From positions 10,170 through 74,169 of the forward strand of contig JBCQWR010000003.1 in assembly GCA_047171945.1 (NCBI GenBank): 64,000 nucleotides of DNA, in the 5' to 3' direction. Positions 1-9,477 of this stretch are shown here, piece after piece. Source of the DNA: Rikenellaceae bacterium (GTDB lineage Bacteria > Bacteroidota > Bacteroidia > Bacteroidales > Rikenellaceae). How positions within the stretch are numbered: position 1 is the stretch's first letter; every line of letters begins with the position of its first letter. The position numbers were made by a program, and so were the translations under genes. The notes beneath the pieces were generated by a model that was not told the DNA's origin, searched no databases, and was given only the letters and a program-made list of their open reading frames with translations.

Positions 1-206
1 CGATGGTCAAAGCGATTGATATATTTATAGTCAAAAGCAACAACGACGAGCCAATTGAAGATTTTGTGCCAATGAATGACCAGAAACAGGCGGAGTTTAT
101 CCGCACCCAACAGTGCAAACTCTCGAAGAAACCACGTGCACGTCGCACAACGACAACCACAACAGCGGCTCCTACAACACGCAAACGCACTACTACAACT
201 AAGTAG
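1..206 (+). CDS. hemD: 3' end of a gene truncated by the window edge, probably uroporphyrinogen-III synthase, with a Thr-rich low-complexity tail
   Basis: Begins (S)MVKAIDIFIVKSN, resembling the C-terminus of Bacteroidota HemD; lies directly upstream of rnpA-yidD, the usual Bacteroidales order as I recall it. Confidence 0.45.
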   Translation, partial: MVKAIDIFIVKSNNDEPIEDFVPMNDQKQAEFIRTQQCKLSKKPRARRTTTTTTAAPTTRKRTTTTK

Positions 207-230
207 TAGAGACTATGGAGCAATAAAAAA

Positions 231-629
231 ATGGAGAGAGAGTACTCACTACCGCACCACCAGCGCTTGCGCTCCCGTGGTTCTATTCGCCGACTTTTCG
301 ACTCTGGCAAGAGTGGGTTCGTCTATCCATTGCGCTATATCTGGTTTGCCGAAGATAGCCCCGAGGGTGAAGCAAATCAAGCCGAGGTTCTCTTCACGGT
401 CCCAAAGAGGTTTCACAAACGGGCAAACCGACGCAACCTACTTCGCCGATATATCAAAGAGTCCTACCGACTCCAGAAATCAATAATCCTCGATCGAGAG
501 CTCCTCACCGAAGATAGGGCAAAAAGTATAGATATAGCGATCATCTACTCCACAAAGGAGCAGAAGAGTTATAAAAACATAAACAATGCAGTGCGCAAGA
601 TTCTCGAAAATATTGCAAAAGATCTATAG
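231..629 (+). CDS. rnpA: Ribonuclease P protein component
   Basis: [13 protein letters not shown]-terminus and the [26 protein letters not shown] motif. Confidence 0.93.
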   Translation: MEREYSLPHHQRLRSRGSIRRLFDSGKSGFVYPLRYIWFAEDSPEGEANQAEVLFTVPKRFHKRANRRNLLRRYIKESYRLQKSIILDRELLTEDRAKSIDIAIIYSTKEQKSYKNINNAVRKILENIAKDL

Positions 630-855
630 AGCAATTAGGTGGCTCCTTCTACAGCCACTTATTTTGCTTGTGCTCTTCTACCGACGCTGTATCTCACCAT
701 TTACACCACCCTCATGTCGCTTTACACCCACATGCTCGGAGTATGCCCTTCAAGCTCTAAGAAAGTATGGAGCTCTTAAAGGAAGTTGGCTCACTATCAA
801 GCGACTCTCGAGGTGTCATCCATGGGGTGGAAGTGGCTATGATCCACTCAAATAG
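586..855 (+). CDS. yidD: Membrane protein insertion efficiency factor (true start may be slightly downstream)
   Basis: [20 protein letters not shown]...[24 protein letters not shown] signature. Confidence 0.93.
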   Translation: MQCARFSKILQKIYRAIRWLLLQPLILLVLFYRRCISPFTPPSCRFTPTCSEYALQALRKYGALKGSWLTIKRLSRCHPWGGSGYDPLK

Positions 856-866
856 TAGCTCAACAT

Positions 867-1814
867 CTACTCAATCGCTCGCCCCTGATAATCGAATGTA
901 AACCACCGTCCATCTCGCTTGGCACGGCTCAAACCTGTATTCGAGTCAAACTCCACAATCTCATATCGTGGCTCAATGATATAGGCTCCTGCGCTATCTA
1001 TAAGCCCCATACCATCCGATGTCTCCACCTCGGCACGTCCCTCTCGCATATTCGAGGCCCACAGATATCGAGGCGAGATGATCTCATCGCCCTCGGGAGT
1101 GATGTAGCCATACCCTGTGCTGCTCTCGGCAACACACATTCCTTCGAATGGATTACCCACAGAGCTATAACCATAGAGCGCATTGAGAGGTTCCGCCGCC
1201 TCGGTATAGCACCCATCGTCACAAGCAAGGTGCGAGGGTTCGCACCCAACAACAGCACATATCTCAGAGCGAAGCGTCTCAAACTCTGCATGACAATCCT
1301 CATCGAGTGCCACCGAGTGAAGTCGAACGGGATAGAGTAGAGAGTCGTCACCGACAATTATATTCTCACATTTGAGGTTTCCATGACGCATCACAAGGCG
1401 ACCAAACTCACACTCCAACTGCGCTATAGAGGATGCAAGCGACTCTATAGCTATTGTCGAGGCAACCTCACTCAACGCTCTACCACGAGGAATCTCCTCG
1501 AGAACCAAGTCGCACTGTTGAACCCTGCCGCATGAATCCACATAGGTCATCTCGGAGAGGAGGATACGACGCTCCAACAATATCTTAGAGCGTCGAGAGC
1601 GCAACTTCACTGCGGCATGCTTCGCCATCGAGAGCGCCGCATTATTGAGAGGCATTGAGAGCAGATATACCCTACCATGCCACTCTATCTCGACCTCGGC
1701 AAAGTGTGTCGTGCGACTCACCTCCACCTCAGCTATTACTGCATCTCGCAGAGTAGATAGACTTTCGCTCGCAGCCGAGAGTGCCGATATAAAATTATTT
1801 ATTGTTGCTGACAT
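867..1814 (-). CDS. Degenerate protein-kinase-like domain fused to C-terminal WG repeats (probable pseudokinase)
   Basis: HGNLKCENIIV catalytic-loop-like motif with Asp->Asn; C-terminal YGYITPEG, MGLIDSAG, WFTFDYQG WG-type repeats. Confidence 0.7.
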   Translation of the reverse strand: MSATINNFISALSAASESLSTLRDAVIAEVEVSRTTHFAEVEIEWHGRVYLLSMPLNNAALSMAKHAAVKLRSRRSKILLERRILLSEMTYVDSCGRVQQCDLVLEEIPRGRALSEVASTIAIESLASSIAQLECEFGRLVMRHGNLKCENIIVGDDSLLYPVRLHSVALDEDCHAEFETLRSEICAVVGCEPSHLACDDGCYTEAAEPLNALYGYSSVGNPFEGMCVAESSTGYGYITPEGDEIISPRYLWASNMREGRAEVETSDGMGLIDSAGAYIIEPRYEIVEFDSNTGLSRAKRDGRWFTFDYQGRAIE

Positions 1815-1816
1815 TA

Positions 1817-2683
1817 TTAACCTCTCTTCACGCTAATGGAACCAATATTAAGAATTGTGATCAACTCCGAGATGGAGCAGTTGTAGCTCATAGCTTTGAG
1901 TGCTACCCCCTGCTCTGAGCCTTTGATCTGCGACACAGCATCCATAAAGATCGGAGGCAACTCACTCGAGGAGTGAAAGAGCGACAGCGCCGCCAAAGAG
2001 CTCTCGCCACCCACAGCCATCTCGGCAAGCGAGGGGAATAGCATCGAGCGTGCCGCCGAGTCCGAGGCGATATGAACATTGATAAGTAGCGCTGCCCCAT
2101 CGTGGGTCGAGATAGCTTTGATACGTGATGCGATCTCGGCAATGTCGGAGTAATCACAGTCGGTCGATTCGCCATCGGTGACATTGAATATCATCGGTGG
2201 AAAGCTCTCCCTATTCTCACTCTTAGCGCACCACATCTCGGCAATCTCATGACTCGAAAGCAGCGCCTCATACATCGGTGTTGAGCCCACAGCCTTGGGT
2301 CGAATCCAACATCGACATCGATGGCTAAGAAACCTATGTTCTCCATTGGGCAGGATATACTCTCGCTCAAGGGTAACCTCATCGACACTTAACGAAGCTA
2401 TATCGACAATCGAACGCCAAGGAGTATCGCCAGCTCCAAGAAGCGGCGTGACACCCTCACCCGAGTATCCAACAATAGCGATATCGTAGTAGTCTCGCAC
2501 GCCGTCGCTACGACGTGAACGCTCCACAAGCTCCGAAATAAGGTCGTTGACAACCTCCGAAAGCATATCAGCTTTGGTAAACGTACGTCCCATCGACTTC
2601 ACCTCTCCTGCCATTGAGCATGATTGATCAATAGCGATGATTATCAGCGCTCTATTATTGCGTGTGATACTCCGACTATACAT
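1817..2683 (-). CDS. vWA-domain protein (TerY-like)
   Basis: MIDAS motif IAIDQSCSM, GSTPM Thr motif, NVTDGE acidic motif. Confidence 0.85.
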   Translation of the reverse strand: MYSRSITRNNRALIIIAIDQSCSMAGEVKSMGRTFTKADMLSEVVNDLISELVERSRRSDGVRDYYDIAIVGYSGEGVTPLLGAGDTPWRSIVDIASLSVDEVTLEREYILPNGEHRFLSHRCRCWIRPKAVGSTPMYEALLSSHEIAEMWCAKSENRESFPPMIFNVTDGESTDCDYSDIAEIASRIKAISTHDGAALLINVHIASDSAARSMLFPSLAEMAVGGESSLAALSLFHSSSELPPIFMDAVSQIKGSEQGVALKAMSYNCSISELITILNIGSISVKRG

Positions 2684-2685
2684 AT

Positions 2686-4413
2686 CTACAGACCTCTTAC
2701 AGCATTAAAATCTCTCATCCTAACCTCCTCCATATCGCTATCTATACCATAACTTATCGACATCTCTGCCGAAGAGTCTCGCTGTCGATCTCGCTCGGCC
2801 AACGCTCGAAGCTCTTGGTGCGACTTTGTGGCTGAGGCGACGATTGAGGTCACCTCCTCGGCACTTGGGGTGTGACCCAAAATTTCGGTCAAGAGACTAA
2901 ATGCCCAATCGAAGGCATAGGAAGTGTAGGAGGCACTAAACGCCCTAAACTTAGCATCGATAGCCTCGAATGAATCAATCTCGGAGCTCTCCACCCCATC
3001 GAGAATCTCCTCGACATAACTCTTGGTGAGGTATTGACCAGCCACATCAATCCAGCGGCAACGACCCTGGCCACAACGAGAATTATCGCCCGACGAGAGC
3101 ATATAACCCAATGAGGCAGCGATAGCTTTGTTATATAGGGAGAGGCCTCGGTGGAGGTTGTGTGAACTAATTATAATTTTATTGTGAATATAGCTTTGCG
3201 CATCGGGGCTCTTCTCGATGAGAATGTTGGTGCGATTCACCGCATCAAGCAACATTCTCGAGATGTAGGGGTTATACTCCTCAAAGTTAATCATATCTCG
3301 CTTCACTCTGCGCTTATCCCGCTTCACCCACTTCTCAACGTCTCGCTGATAGCCATAACTCGAGAGGTTGGCCGCAGGAATAAGCGTCGAACGCCCCTCT
3401 TTGTTTATAAGGTATGAGAAGGGAAACTCCGAAGTGTCGTGGTGCGAGCTATGGCTACCAATGACCGAGGTGTAGGCACCATTGATGGCAGGCAGCATGA
3501 CATAGGCCGAGCTGCCAAACTTGCAACCACGGAGGTGGATGGCTTGATGGACTGGGCCACACTTAAAAAGGTGGTTGCTCTGATTGGAGCCGCTACCAGC
3601 ATTGAAGAACGAAAACATACCTGCAATGAGCAGCGATGATTTATGGTGTGATACAGTGTAGGGGCCAGCAAAAACCGATGCCGCCTCACCATTTTCACAA
3701 TGCGACGAGGCGAAGAAGAGCGAGTCAACCGCCGTAAAACCATTTGAGATAATTACATTCTCACCAACAAAACAGCGCTCGATGGTGGCACCATTATCAA
3801 CCCTCGCCCCTTCGACAGCGATAAAGTCGTGCGCCTTAACATCAGCACCAAAGTATCCTCCTTCGAGGATCGTACCATTACTCAGAGCTGAGCACCCCTC
3901 CACTATAACCGAGTCCCCCACCCTAAGGTTGCGAATTATGCCCGCACCAAGAATCTTAGCACCACGCCCCACCGAGCCCATCGACGATGAGCGCTGAGCA
4001 CTATAGGCGTCAACCATCGCATCGAGACGCTCGATGAGTTTTGGACGATGGCGATAGAGTGTATAGATATATCCCACCTGTGCTGTGAGCGACTCATATA
4101 TCTTAATTGTTCTACCTCCGCACTCATTGAGCGAGGCAACCTCAACACCATTACCAAAGCTACTTTGCGAACAACACTCCAAACGAGTAACACTCTCTAT
4201 ACGAGATAGTTCACCAAGCGAATAATTAGCAACAGTGGAGTTATGCACTTGTGCACCAGCAGCAATAAAGACGTTGCCTTCAAATCGAGAAAGTGACAAC
4301 TGCGAGACATTAAAACACTCACTGACAAGCACCTTGCTCCAATCCTCAGCAAAACATGATCGAGCAGTTAGCTCCGATATCTCCTCTACTCTAAGTTCTC
4401 TTAATGTATCCAT
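2686..4413 (-). CDS. DUF4954-family protein with hexapeptide/beta-helix-like repeats
   Basis: 575 aa; FAGPYTVSHHKSSLLIAGMFSFFNAGSGSNQSNHLFKCGP..QAIHLRGCKFGS block recalled as typical of DUF4954. Confidence 0.75.
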   Translation of the reverse strand: MDTLRELRVEEISELTARSCFAEDWSKVLVSECFNVSQLSLSRFEGNVFIAAGAQVHNSTVANYSLGELSRIESVTRLECCSQSSFGNGVEVASLNECGGRTIKIYESLTAQVGYIYTLYRHRPKLIERLDAMVDAYSAQRSSSMGSVGRGAKILGAGIIRNLRVGDSVIVEGCSALSNGTILEGGYFGADVKAHDFIAVEGARVDNGATIERCFVGENVIISNGFTAVDSLFFASSHCENGEAASVFAGPYTVSHHKSSLLIAGMFSFFNAGSGSNQSNHLFKCGPVHQAIHLRGCKFGSSAYVMLPAINGAYTSVIGSHSSHHDTSEFPFSYLINKEGRSTLIPAANLSSYGYQRDVEKWVKRDKRRVKRDMINFEEYNPYISRMLLDAVNRTNILIEKSPDAQSYIHNKIIISSHNLHRGLSLYNKAIAASLGYMLSSGDNSRCGQGRCRWIDVAGQYLTKSYVEEILDGVESSEIDSFEAIDAKFRAFSASYTSYAFDWAFSLLTEILGHTPSAEEVTSIVASATKSHQELRALAERDRQRDSSAEMSISYGIDSDMEEVRMRDFNAVRGL

Positions 4414-4640
4414 AATTATATCTCTTCGATTTTTGCTATGTTAATCAACAAATATACATAATAATACCTTCATACACAAGCGCCTAAAAATGGAGGCATA
4501 AATAAAGAGCGCAACTTGCACTATCTTTATAGCGAGATTAGCACCTATGATGCACATCTCAATGATTTAGTAATCTTAATTTTAGCCCTCACTCCCGACA
4601 TCCGCCCTCTATTATTTGTGAGGTTGTGGTTTTGTTAAAA

Positions 4641-4677
4641 AAAAGGTTGAATAATCCTTAAGACTATTCAACCTTTT
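4641..4677 (-). terminator. Intrinsic terminator downstream of tRNA-Gly
   Basis: 13-bp stem aaaaggttgaata/tattcaacctttt followed by a T run on the minus strand. Confidence 0.8.
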
Positions 4678-4678
4678 G

Positions 4679-4751
4679 AGCAGAAAACGAGACTCGAACT
4701 CGCGACCCCAACCTTGGCAAGGTTGTGCTCTACCAACTGAGCTATTTCTGC
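4679..4751 (-). tRNA. tRNA-Gly(GCC)
   Basis: GCAGAAA/TTTCTGC acceptor stem, TAGCTCAGTTGGTAGAGC D arm, CAACC-TTGCCAA-GGTTG anticodon arm, GTTCGAGTC T loop; CCA not encoded. Confidence 0.97.
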
Positions 4752-4807
4752 AATATGTTTAGAACTTTCAAAACTTTGAGAGTTGTTATCCCGTTGTTTT
4801 GTGAGTG

Positions 4808-4838
4808 CAAATATAGAGGAAAAATCTATACCTGCAAA
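4808..4838 (-). promoter_or_regulatory. Bacteroidota primary-sigma promoter for tRNA-Gly
   Basis: TTTG-N19-TATATTTG, an exact match to the -33/-7 consensus. Confidence 0.85.
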
Positions 4839-4933
4839 ACTTTTGGGCATTTTTTTTAGACTTTTTTTAAACTTTTCTGGCAAAATGCTGATTTTCAATC
4901 GAGTTCAATTTTCTCTTTTTTGGTGCCTCAACG

Positions 4934-5830
4934 CTATAAATTGAGATATTTCTCGACAGTCTCCCGCAAACGCTCACCATTGAGGTGGGTGTAGATCTCG
5001 GTTGTCACAATATTTTCGTGCCCCAACATCTCCTGCACCTGCCTAATCGAGGCGCCCCCCTCGAGCAGATGAGTGGCGAATGAGTGGCGCAGGGTGTGTG
5101 GGCTCACCTTTTTTTGTACGCCAGCCAGAGCTGCGGCCTGCTTGAGCAGGGTGAAGATCATCACTCGAGTGAGCGGCTTGCCACGGTTGTTGAGGAAGAG
5201 CGCCTCTTGGTTGCCCCCTCGATCCTCTCGTTGCTCTAAATATAGGTGTATGCGCTCTCGTGCCAGTGGGCTTATGGGAATCAGACGCTGCTTGTCGCCC
5301 TTGCCAATCACACGTATATAGCCCTCGCCAAAGAAGAGGTCGCTCATACGTAGCTCGGTGGCCTCGCTCACACGTAGACCGCACGAGTAGAGCAGCTCAA
5401 TGATGGCTCTATCACGCAGCCCCTTGGTGGTGGAGGGGTCGATGGCCGAAATTATGCGGTCTATCTCCTCGAGCGAGAGCACATCGGGTAGTTTGCGAGA
5501 GAGGCGAGGCGACTCTACGAACTCCACGGGTGAGGTCTCAATCTGATCGAGGAGTTGGAGGTAGCCAAAGAATGAGCGCAGGGTGCTCAGCACTCGTGCT
5601 TGGGTGCTCTTCTTGCAGCCTCTGTCGTAGAGCCACGCCATATATTGCTCGATGGTCTGCTCCTCCACTTTGCGGGGCGGAATATCCTTCATGCGGAGTA
5701 TGTAGTGGGCAAATGCCGCCAAGTCTCGCATGTAGGAGTCGACGCTATTGTCGGAGAGTCGACGCTCCAACTTTATATAGGTTCGATATTTGCGTGCAAT
5801 ATCTTCCCATCTCTTCCTATTTTCTGCCAT
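4934..5830 (-). CDS. xerD: Chromosomal tyrosine recombinase XerD
   Basis: 298 aa; RDRAIIELLYSCGLRVSE, GKGDKQRLIP, SPHTLRHSFATHLLEGGA, LGHENIVTTEIYTH. Confidence 0.9.
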   Translation of the reverse strand: MAENRKRWEDIARKYRTYIKLERRLSDNSVDSYMRDLAAFAHYILRMKDIPPRKVEEQTIEQYMAWLYDRGCKKSTQARVLSTLRSFFGYLQLLDQIETSPVEFVESPRLSRKLPDVLSLEEIDRIISAIDPSTTKGLRDRAIIELLYSCGLRVSEATELRMSDLFFGEGYIRVIGKGDKQRLIPISPLARERIHLYLEQREDRGGNQEALFLNNRGKPLTRVMIFTLLKQAAALAGVQKKVSPHTLRHSFATHLLEGGASIRQVQEMLGHENIVTTEIYTHLNGERLRETVEKYLNL

Positions 5831-5838
5831 TCTTTTAC

Positions 5839-5877
5839 TACCTTTGCGTTGTGTGTGATAATAGTGTCACAAAGATA
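5839..5877. promoter_or_regulatory. Divergent -7 boxes for prmA (+, TACCTTTG 5839-5846) and xerD (-, TATCTTTG 5870-5877)
   Basis: Two TAnnTTTG motifs in the short divergent intergenic region; no clear -33 box for the + strand motif. Confidence 0.6.
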
Positions 5878-5894
5878 GTAAATTTAACATAATA

Positions 5895-6722
5895 ATGGAC
5901 TACGTAGAGTTAAATATTCCGCTTTCGGGCGATGAGATGGGTGAGATCCTAACAGCAGAGTTGGCCGACTACCCCTTCGAGAGCTTCACCGAGGAGCGTG
6001 GACAACTCAAAGCATATATCCCCCAAGATCGTCTGGCCGATTGCAAGGAGCAGGTCGACGAGCTCTTGGAGAGTTATTCGGTGGTGGGGGCTCGCTACAT
6101 CTCGATCGAGACCCAAAATTGGAATGCGCAGTGGGAGAGCAACTTTGAGGTGGTTGAGGTGGATCGTGAGATCCTCATTCGAGCGCCATTCCACTCACCC
6201 AATCCCGACTTCCGCACCGAGGTTGTCATCATGCCCAAGATGTCGTTCGGCACGGGTCACCACGCCACAACCTACCTTATGTCGCAGAAGATCAGCCAGA
6301 TAGATGTGAAGGGTAAGCGAGGTCTCGACATGGGAAGTGGCACAGGAGTGTTGGCCATCATAGCTGTGAAGTATGGTGCCGAGGCCGTTGACGCCATCGA
6401 CATCGACGAGTGGGCCGACGAGAATTGCCGAGAGAATATCGTGCAGAATGGCGTCGAGAGCTCTATCACCCCACTCTTGGGCGACGCCTCGCTTATCGAG
6501 GGGCGCCGCTACGACTTTGTCTTGGCCAACATCAACCGCAACATTCTGCTTGCCGACATGCACCGCTACGTAGCGACCCTCACCGAGGGTGGCACGCTGC
6601 TTATGAGTGGCTTCTTTGTCGACGACATCGAGACATTACGCCAAAAGGGCGAGTCGCTTGGTCTGAGCTATTGTGGCTTCAGTGAGCGAGATGGTTGGGC
6701 TGTGATGCACCTCACACTTTAG
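5895..6722 (+). CDS. prmA: Ribosomal protein L11 methyltransferase
   Basis: PKMSFGTGHHATT, LDMGSGTGVLAI, VLANINRNIL. Confidence 0.95.
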   Translation: MDYVELNIPLSGDEMGEILTAELADYPFESFTEERGQLKAYIPQDRLADCKEQVDELLESYSVVGARYISIETQNWNAQWESNFEVVEVDREILIRAPFHSPNPDFRTEVVIMPKMSFGTGHHATTYLMSQKISQIDVKGKRGLDMGSGTGVLAIIAVKYGAEAVDAIDIDEWADENCRENIVQNGVESSITPLLGDASLIEGRRYDFVLANINRNILLADMHRYVATLTEGGTLLMSGFFVDDIETLRQKGESLGLSYCGFSERDGWAVMHLTL

Positions 6723-6725
6723 AGG

Positions 6726-7454
6726 ATGCCAAAGAGTTACAAGGGGCGTGGGGTGGTCCTCAGCACGGTGAAGTATGGCGATAGCTCGATGGTGGCGCAG
6801 CTGCTCACCGATGTGGGCGGCCGCCAAAGCTTCATGGTACAGGGGGTGCGTAGCACTCGAGGGAGAGGCTCCAAGTTGGCACTCTTTCAACCGCTCTTTG
6901 CGCTCGAATTCGAGGGGGCGGAGCCAACTCGAGGTGAACTCCACCGCTTCCGTGAGGTGCATAGCGGCATCACGCTCCACAAGACACCATTCGACGTGCG
7001 CCGCTCCACCATTGCGCTATTTATTGCCGAGGTGCTCTACCGCCTCATTAAGGAGAGCGAAGCCAACGAGCGCCTCTTCGAATTTGTCTGGGGTTCGGTT
7101 GAGGCGCTCGATAATATTGAGGAGGGGGTGGCCAATTTTCATCTCTGGTTCCTCTCCAATTTGACACGTGTGATGGGGTTTTCGCCCACCAACAACTACT
7201 CCAAGGGGTGTTGGTTCGACATCAAGGAGGGGTGTTACACCTCCGAGAAGCCTCTCCACAACCTACTCCTCGATCCCGATATGGCGATGATCCTGCGAGA
7301 TATGATCGAGTGTGATGTGCGCCACTTAGGTGAGGTGGGTCTCAATCGGCACCAGCGAGTATCGTTCCTCGAGGCGCTAATGAGCTACTATGGCTACCAC
7401 CTTGAGTCGATACACTCGGTGCAGTCGATCTCGATCCTTATGGAGTTATTCTAA
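6726..7454 (+). CDS. recO: DNA repair protein RecO
   Basis: GVVLSTVKYGDSS N-terminal OB fold, LFQPL, Bacteroidota-type C-terminus (YYGYHL..SISIL.ELF). Confidence 0.9.
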   Translation: MPKSYKGRGVVLSTVKYGDSSMVAQLLTDVGGRQSFMVQGVRSTRGRGSKLALFQPLFALEFEGAEPTRGELHRFREVHSGITLHKTPFDVRRSTIALFIAEVLYRLIKESEANERLFEFVWGSVEALDNIEEGVANFHLWFLSNLTRVMGFSPTNNYSKGCWFDIKEGCYTSEKPLHNLLLDPDMAMILRDMIECDVRHLGEVGLNRHQRVSFLEALMSYYGYHLESIHSVQSISILMELF

Positions 7455-8044
7455 TACTTCTGGTAGTGAACCTTCTCAGGTTTCCACTTATCCTTTGGCT
7501 CCGACTCCGAGTCAGGGTAGCCAATGATGATAGCGTTGAGGGCATTGATGCCCTCGGGGAGGTTGAGCAGTGCCTTCATCTTAGATGTGCGGCCACTCTC
7601 ATTTTCGGGATAGGCACCACACCACACTGCGCCAAGACCCATTGCGTGGGCTGCCAAGAGTATATTTTGGGTTGCAGCGCTGCAATCCAAGGTCCACGAT
7701 CCCGAGATTGACTCATCGCCAAGAACCACAATTGCCAATGGGGCTCCTCCCGCCATGCGCATGCCACCAGCGATACTTGGTAGCTCGTTGAGGATCGCAC
7801 GATCGGTGATCACAACAAACTCCCAAGGTTGCTTGTTGCTGCCCGTTGGAGCAGCCATACCTGCTTTGAGAAGCTTGTCGATCTTATATTGCTCCACCGC
7901 CTGTGGAGTGTACGACCTGACACTCGCTCGAGTCATAATGTTGTTGAGTACAGCATCCTCCGCAGAGGGAGCCTCACCACAGCAAGAGGAGGTGACGCTT
8001 GCAGTGCAGATCGCTGCACAGAGTAGAAGTAGGATCTTTTTCAT
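7451..8044 (-). CDS. Nitroreductase-family protein with a predicted lipoprotein signal peptide
   Basis: IMTRASVRSY, AAPTGSNKQPWEF, ATQNILLAAHAMGLGAVW; N-terminal MKK-hydrophobic-SSC. Confidence 0.88.
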   Translation of the reverse strand: MKKILLLLCAAICTASVTSSCCGEAPSAEDAVLNNIMTRASVRSYTPQAVEQYKIDKLLKAGMAAPTGSNKQPWEFVVITDRAILNELPSIAGGMRMAGGAPLAIVVLGDESISGSWTLDCSAATQNILLAAHAMGLGAVWCGAYPENESGRTSKMKALLNLPEGINALNAIIIGYPDSESEPKDKWKPEKVHYQKY

Positions 8045-8324
8045 AATTGTATCGAAGTTAAATATAGTTTATATATTATGGCAAAGATAGTAAAATTTGC
8101 AATAAGATGACAGATACAAAGCTCTATTTTTGCCCCTCTCTTCGTTCACAAAGGTCCATTTCAATAGGTATAACTACCCAATTTTCACCATCTATCAGTA
8201 ATTTGTGGCTGTTAAAAGTATCTCGTTTATTATTTTTTTGTTACATTTGTCTACTCGTCGAAGTTGATAATCCCATCTCTTTGGCGAAATGTTAAGACTT
8301 TAAACACAACAAATTGATACTTTT

Positions 8325-9458
8325 ATGAAAAAAATTATTCTCTCTTGTTTAGCTCTCGTAGCTTTCGCAACTACATCATCTGCTCAGAGTGATCCATTCT
8401 TGTGGAGACTTGGCGACAACACCACTGTTAAATTGGGTGGTTACCTACGCTTTAATGTTAATGCCGACCTCGATGGAAGTGTGGGTGGTGCAAACGACTT
8501 CCAGCCATACAAGATCACCGAATCGTCGTGGACCAATGAAGATTATGTCAACTATGACCCAACAGCAACCCGTTTCTCGCTCGAGATAATCCAAAATTCT
8601 GAGAGTGTAGGCAAAGTAAAAGCCTTTGTTGAGGCTGACTTCCGTAACACCTCGAATGCCGCCCGCCTACGTCAAGCCTACGTTGAATTGTGTGGCATCA
8701 CTGCAGGTTACGCATGGAGCTTTATGAGTGATTTGGCATCTAATGCCCCAACAGTCGACATCACTGGTGTTAACTCACGTACCTTCTTGCGTACAATGAT
8801 GGTGGGTTATCGCTACTCATTTAGTGAGAAACTATCGGCTGGTATCGCAATCGAGATCCCTTCGCTCGCCACATCCTATATTGATGAGTACACTGCAGTA
8901 AACCAAACGATGCCTAACATCCCAGCATATGTGCAACTCAAGGGCTCGATGGGTCACATCAAGGCGGCGGTGGCTCTACGCACTCTTCAATATGGTGAAT
9001 CGGCATCGCAGGAGCGTGAGAGCAACCTCGGATGGGGTGGCCAACTATCGGGATCGCTCAATGTTGCATCGGGTGTGAAGCTATTTAGCCAAGCTATCTA
9101 TGGCCAGGGTATCAACAACTACATCAACGACCTCTCGGGTCAATCGATCAATATGATGTCGGAGGATGGCAAAACGATGGTTGCAACACCCATGGGTGGT
9201 GCCTCACTTGGTGTAAGTGCTAAACTCTCTAAAAAGTGGTCGGTAGCGGCAAGTGGCTCAATGGTTGAGAACTTCGGTGACGAGGATTATTTCGATGGCA
9301 ACTATAAGAGTAGCAGCTACATATCGACAACTATCTTCTACACCCCCGCACCACGTGTGACAGTTGGTGCTGAGTACCTCAATGGTAGCCGCACAAACTT
9401 CGGTGGCGATGCTACAGGAGCTCAACGACTTAGCCTATCTATAAAGTACGCACTCTAA
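8325..9458 (+). CDS. DcaP-like outer-membrane porin
   Basis: Signal peptide; VKLGGYLR, TRFSL, KAFVEADF, RLRQAY, GYAWSFMSD motifs; ends KYAL. Confidence 0.75.
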   Translation: MKKIILSCLALVAFATTSSAQSDPFLWRLGDNTTVKLGGYLRFNVNADLDGSVGGANDFQPYKITESSWTNEDYVNYDPTATRFSLEIIQNSESVGKVKAFVEADFRNTSNAARLRQAYVELCGITAGYAWSFMSDLASNAPTVDITGVNSRTFLRTMMVGYRYSFSEKLSAGIAIEIPSLATSYIDEYTAVNQTMPNIPAYVQLKGSMGHIKAAVALRTLQYGESASQERESNLGWGGQLSGSLNVASGVKLFSQAIYGQGINNYINDLSGQSINMMSEDGKTMVATPMGGASLGVSAKLSKKWSVAASGSMVENFGDEDYFDGNYKSSSYISTTIFYTPAPRVTVGAEYLNGSRTNFGGDATGAQRLSLSIKYAL

Positions 9459-9477
9459 TATTTTATAGAACAAAAAT

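Noticed and set aside
4668-4898. 76-aa ORF spanning the tRNA
   Set aside because: It overlaps the tRNA-Gly and its promoter, so it is spurious
4679-5830. Tyrosine recombinase next to a tRNA, suggesting an integrative element
   Set aside because: Length and motifs fit housekeeping XerD; flanking genes are core; no duplicated tRNA 3' end (att site) was seen
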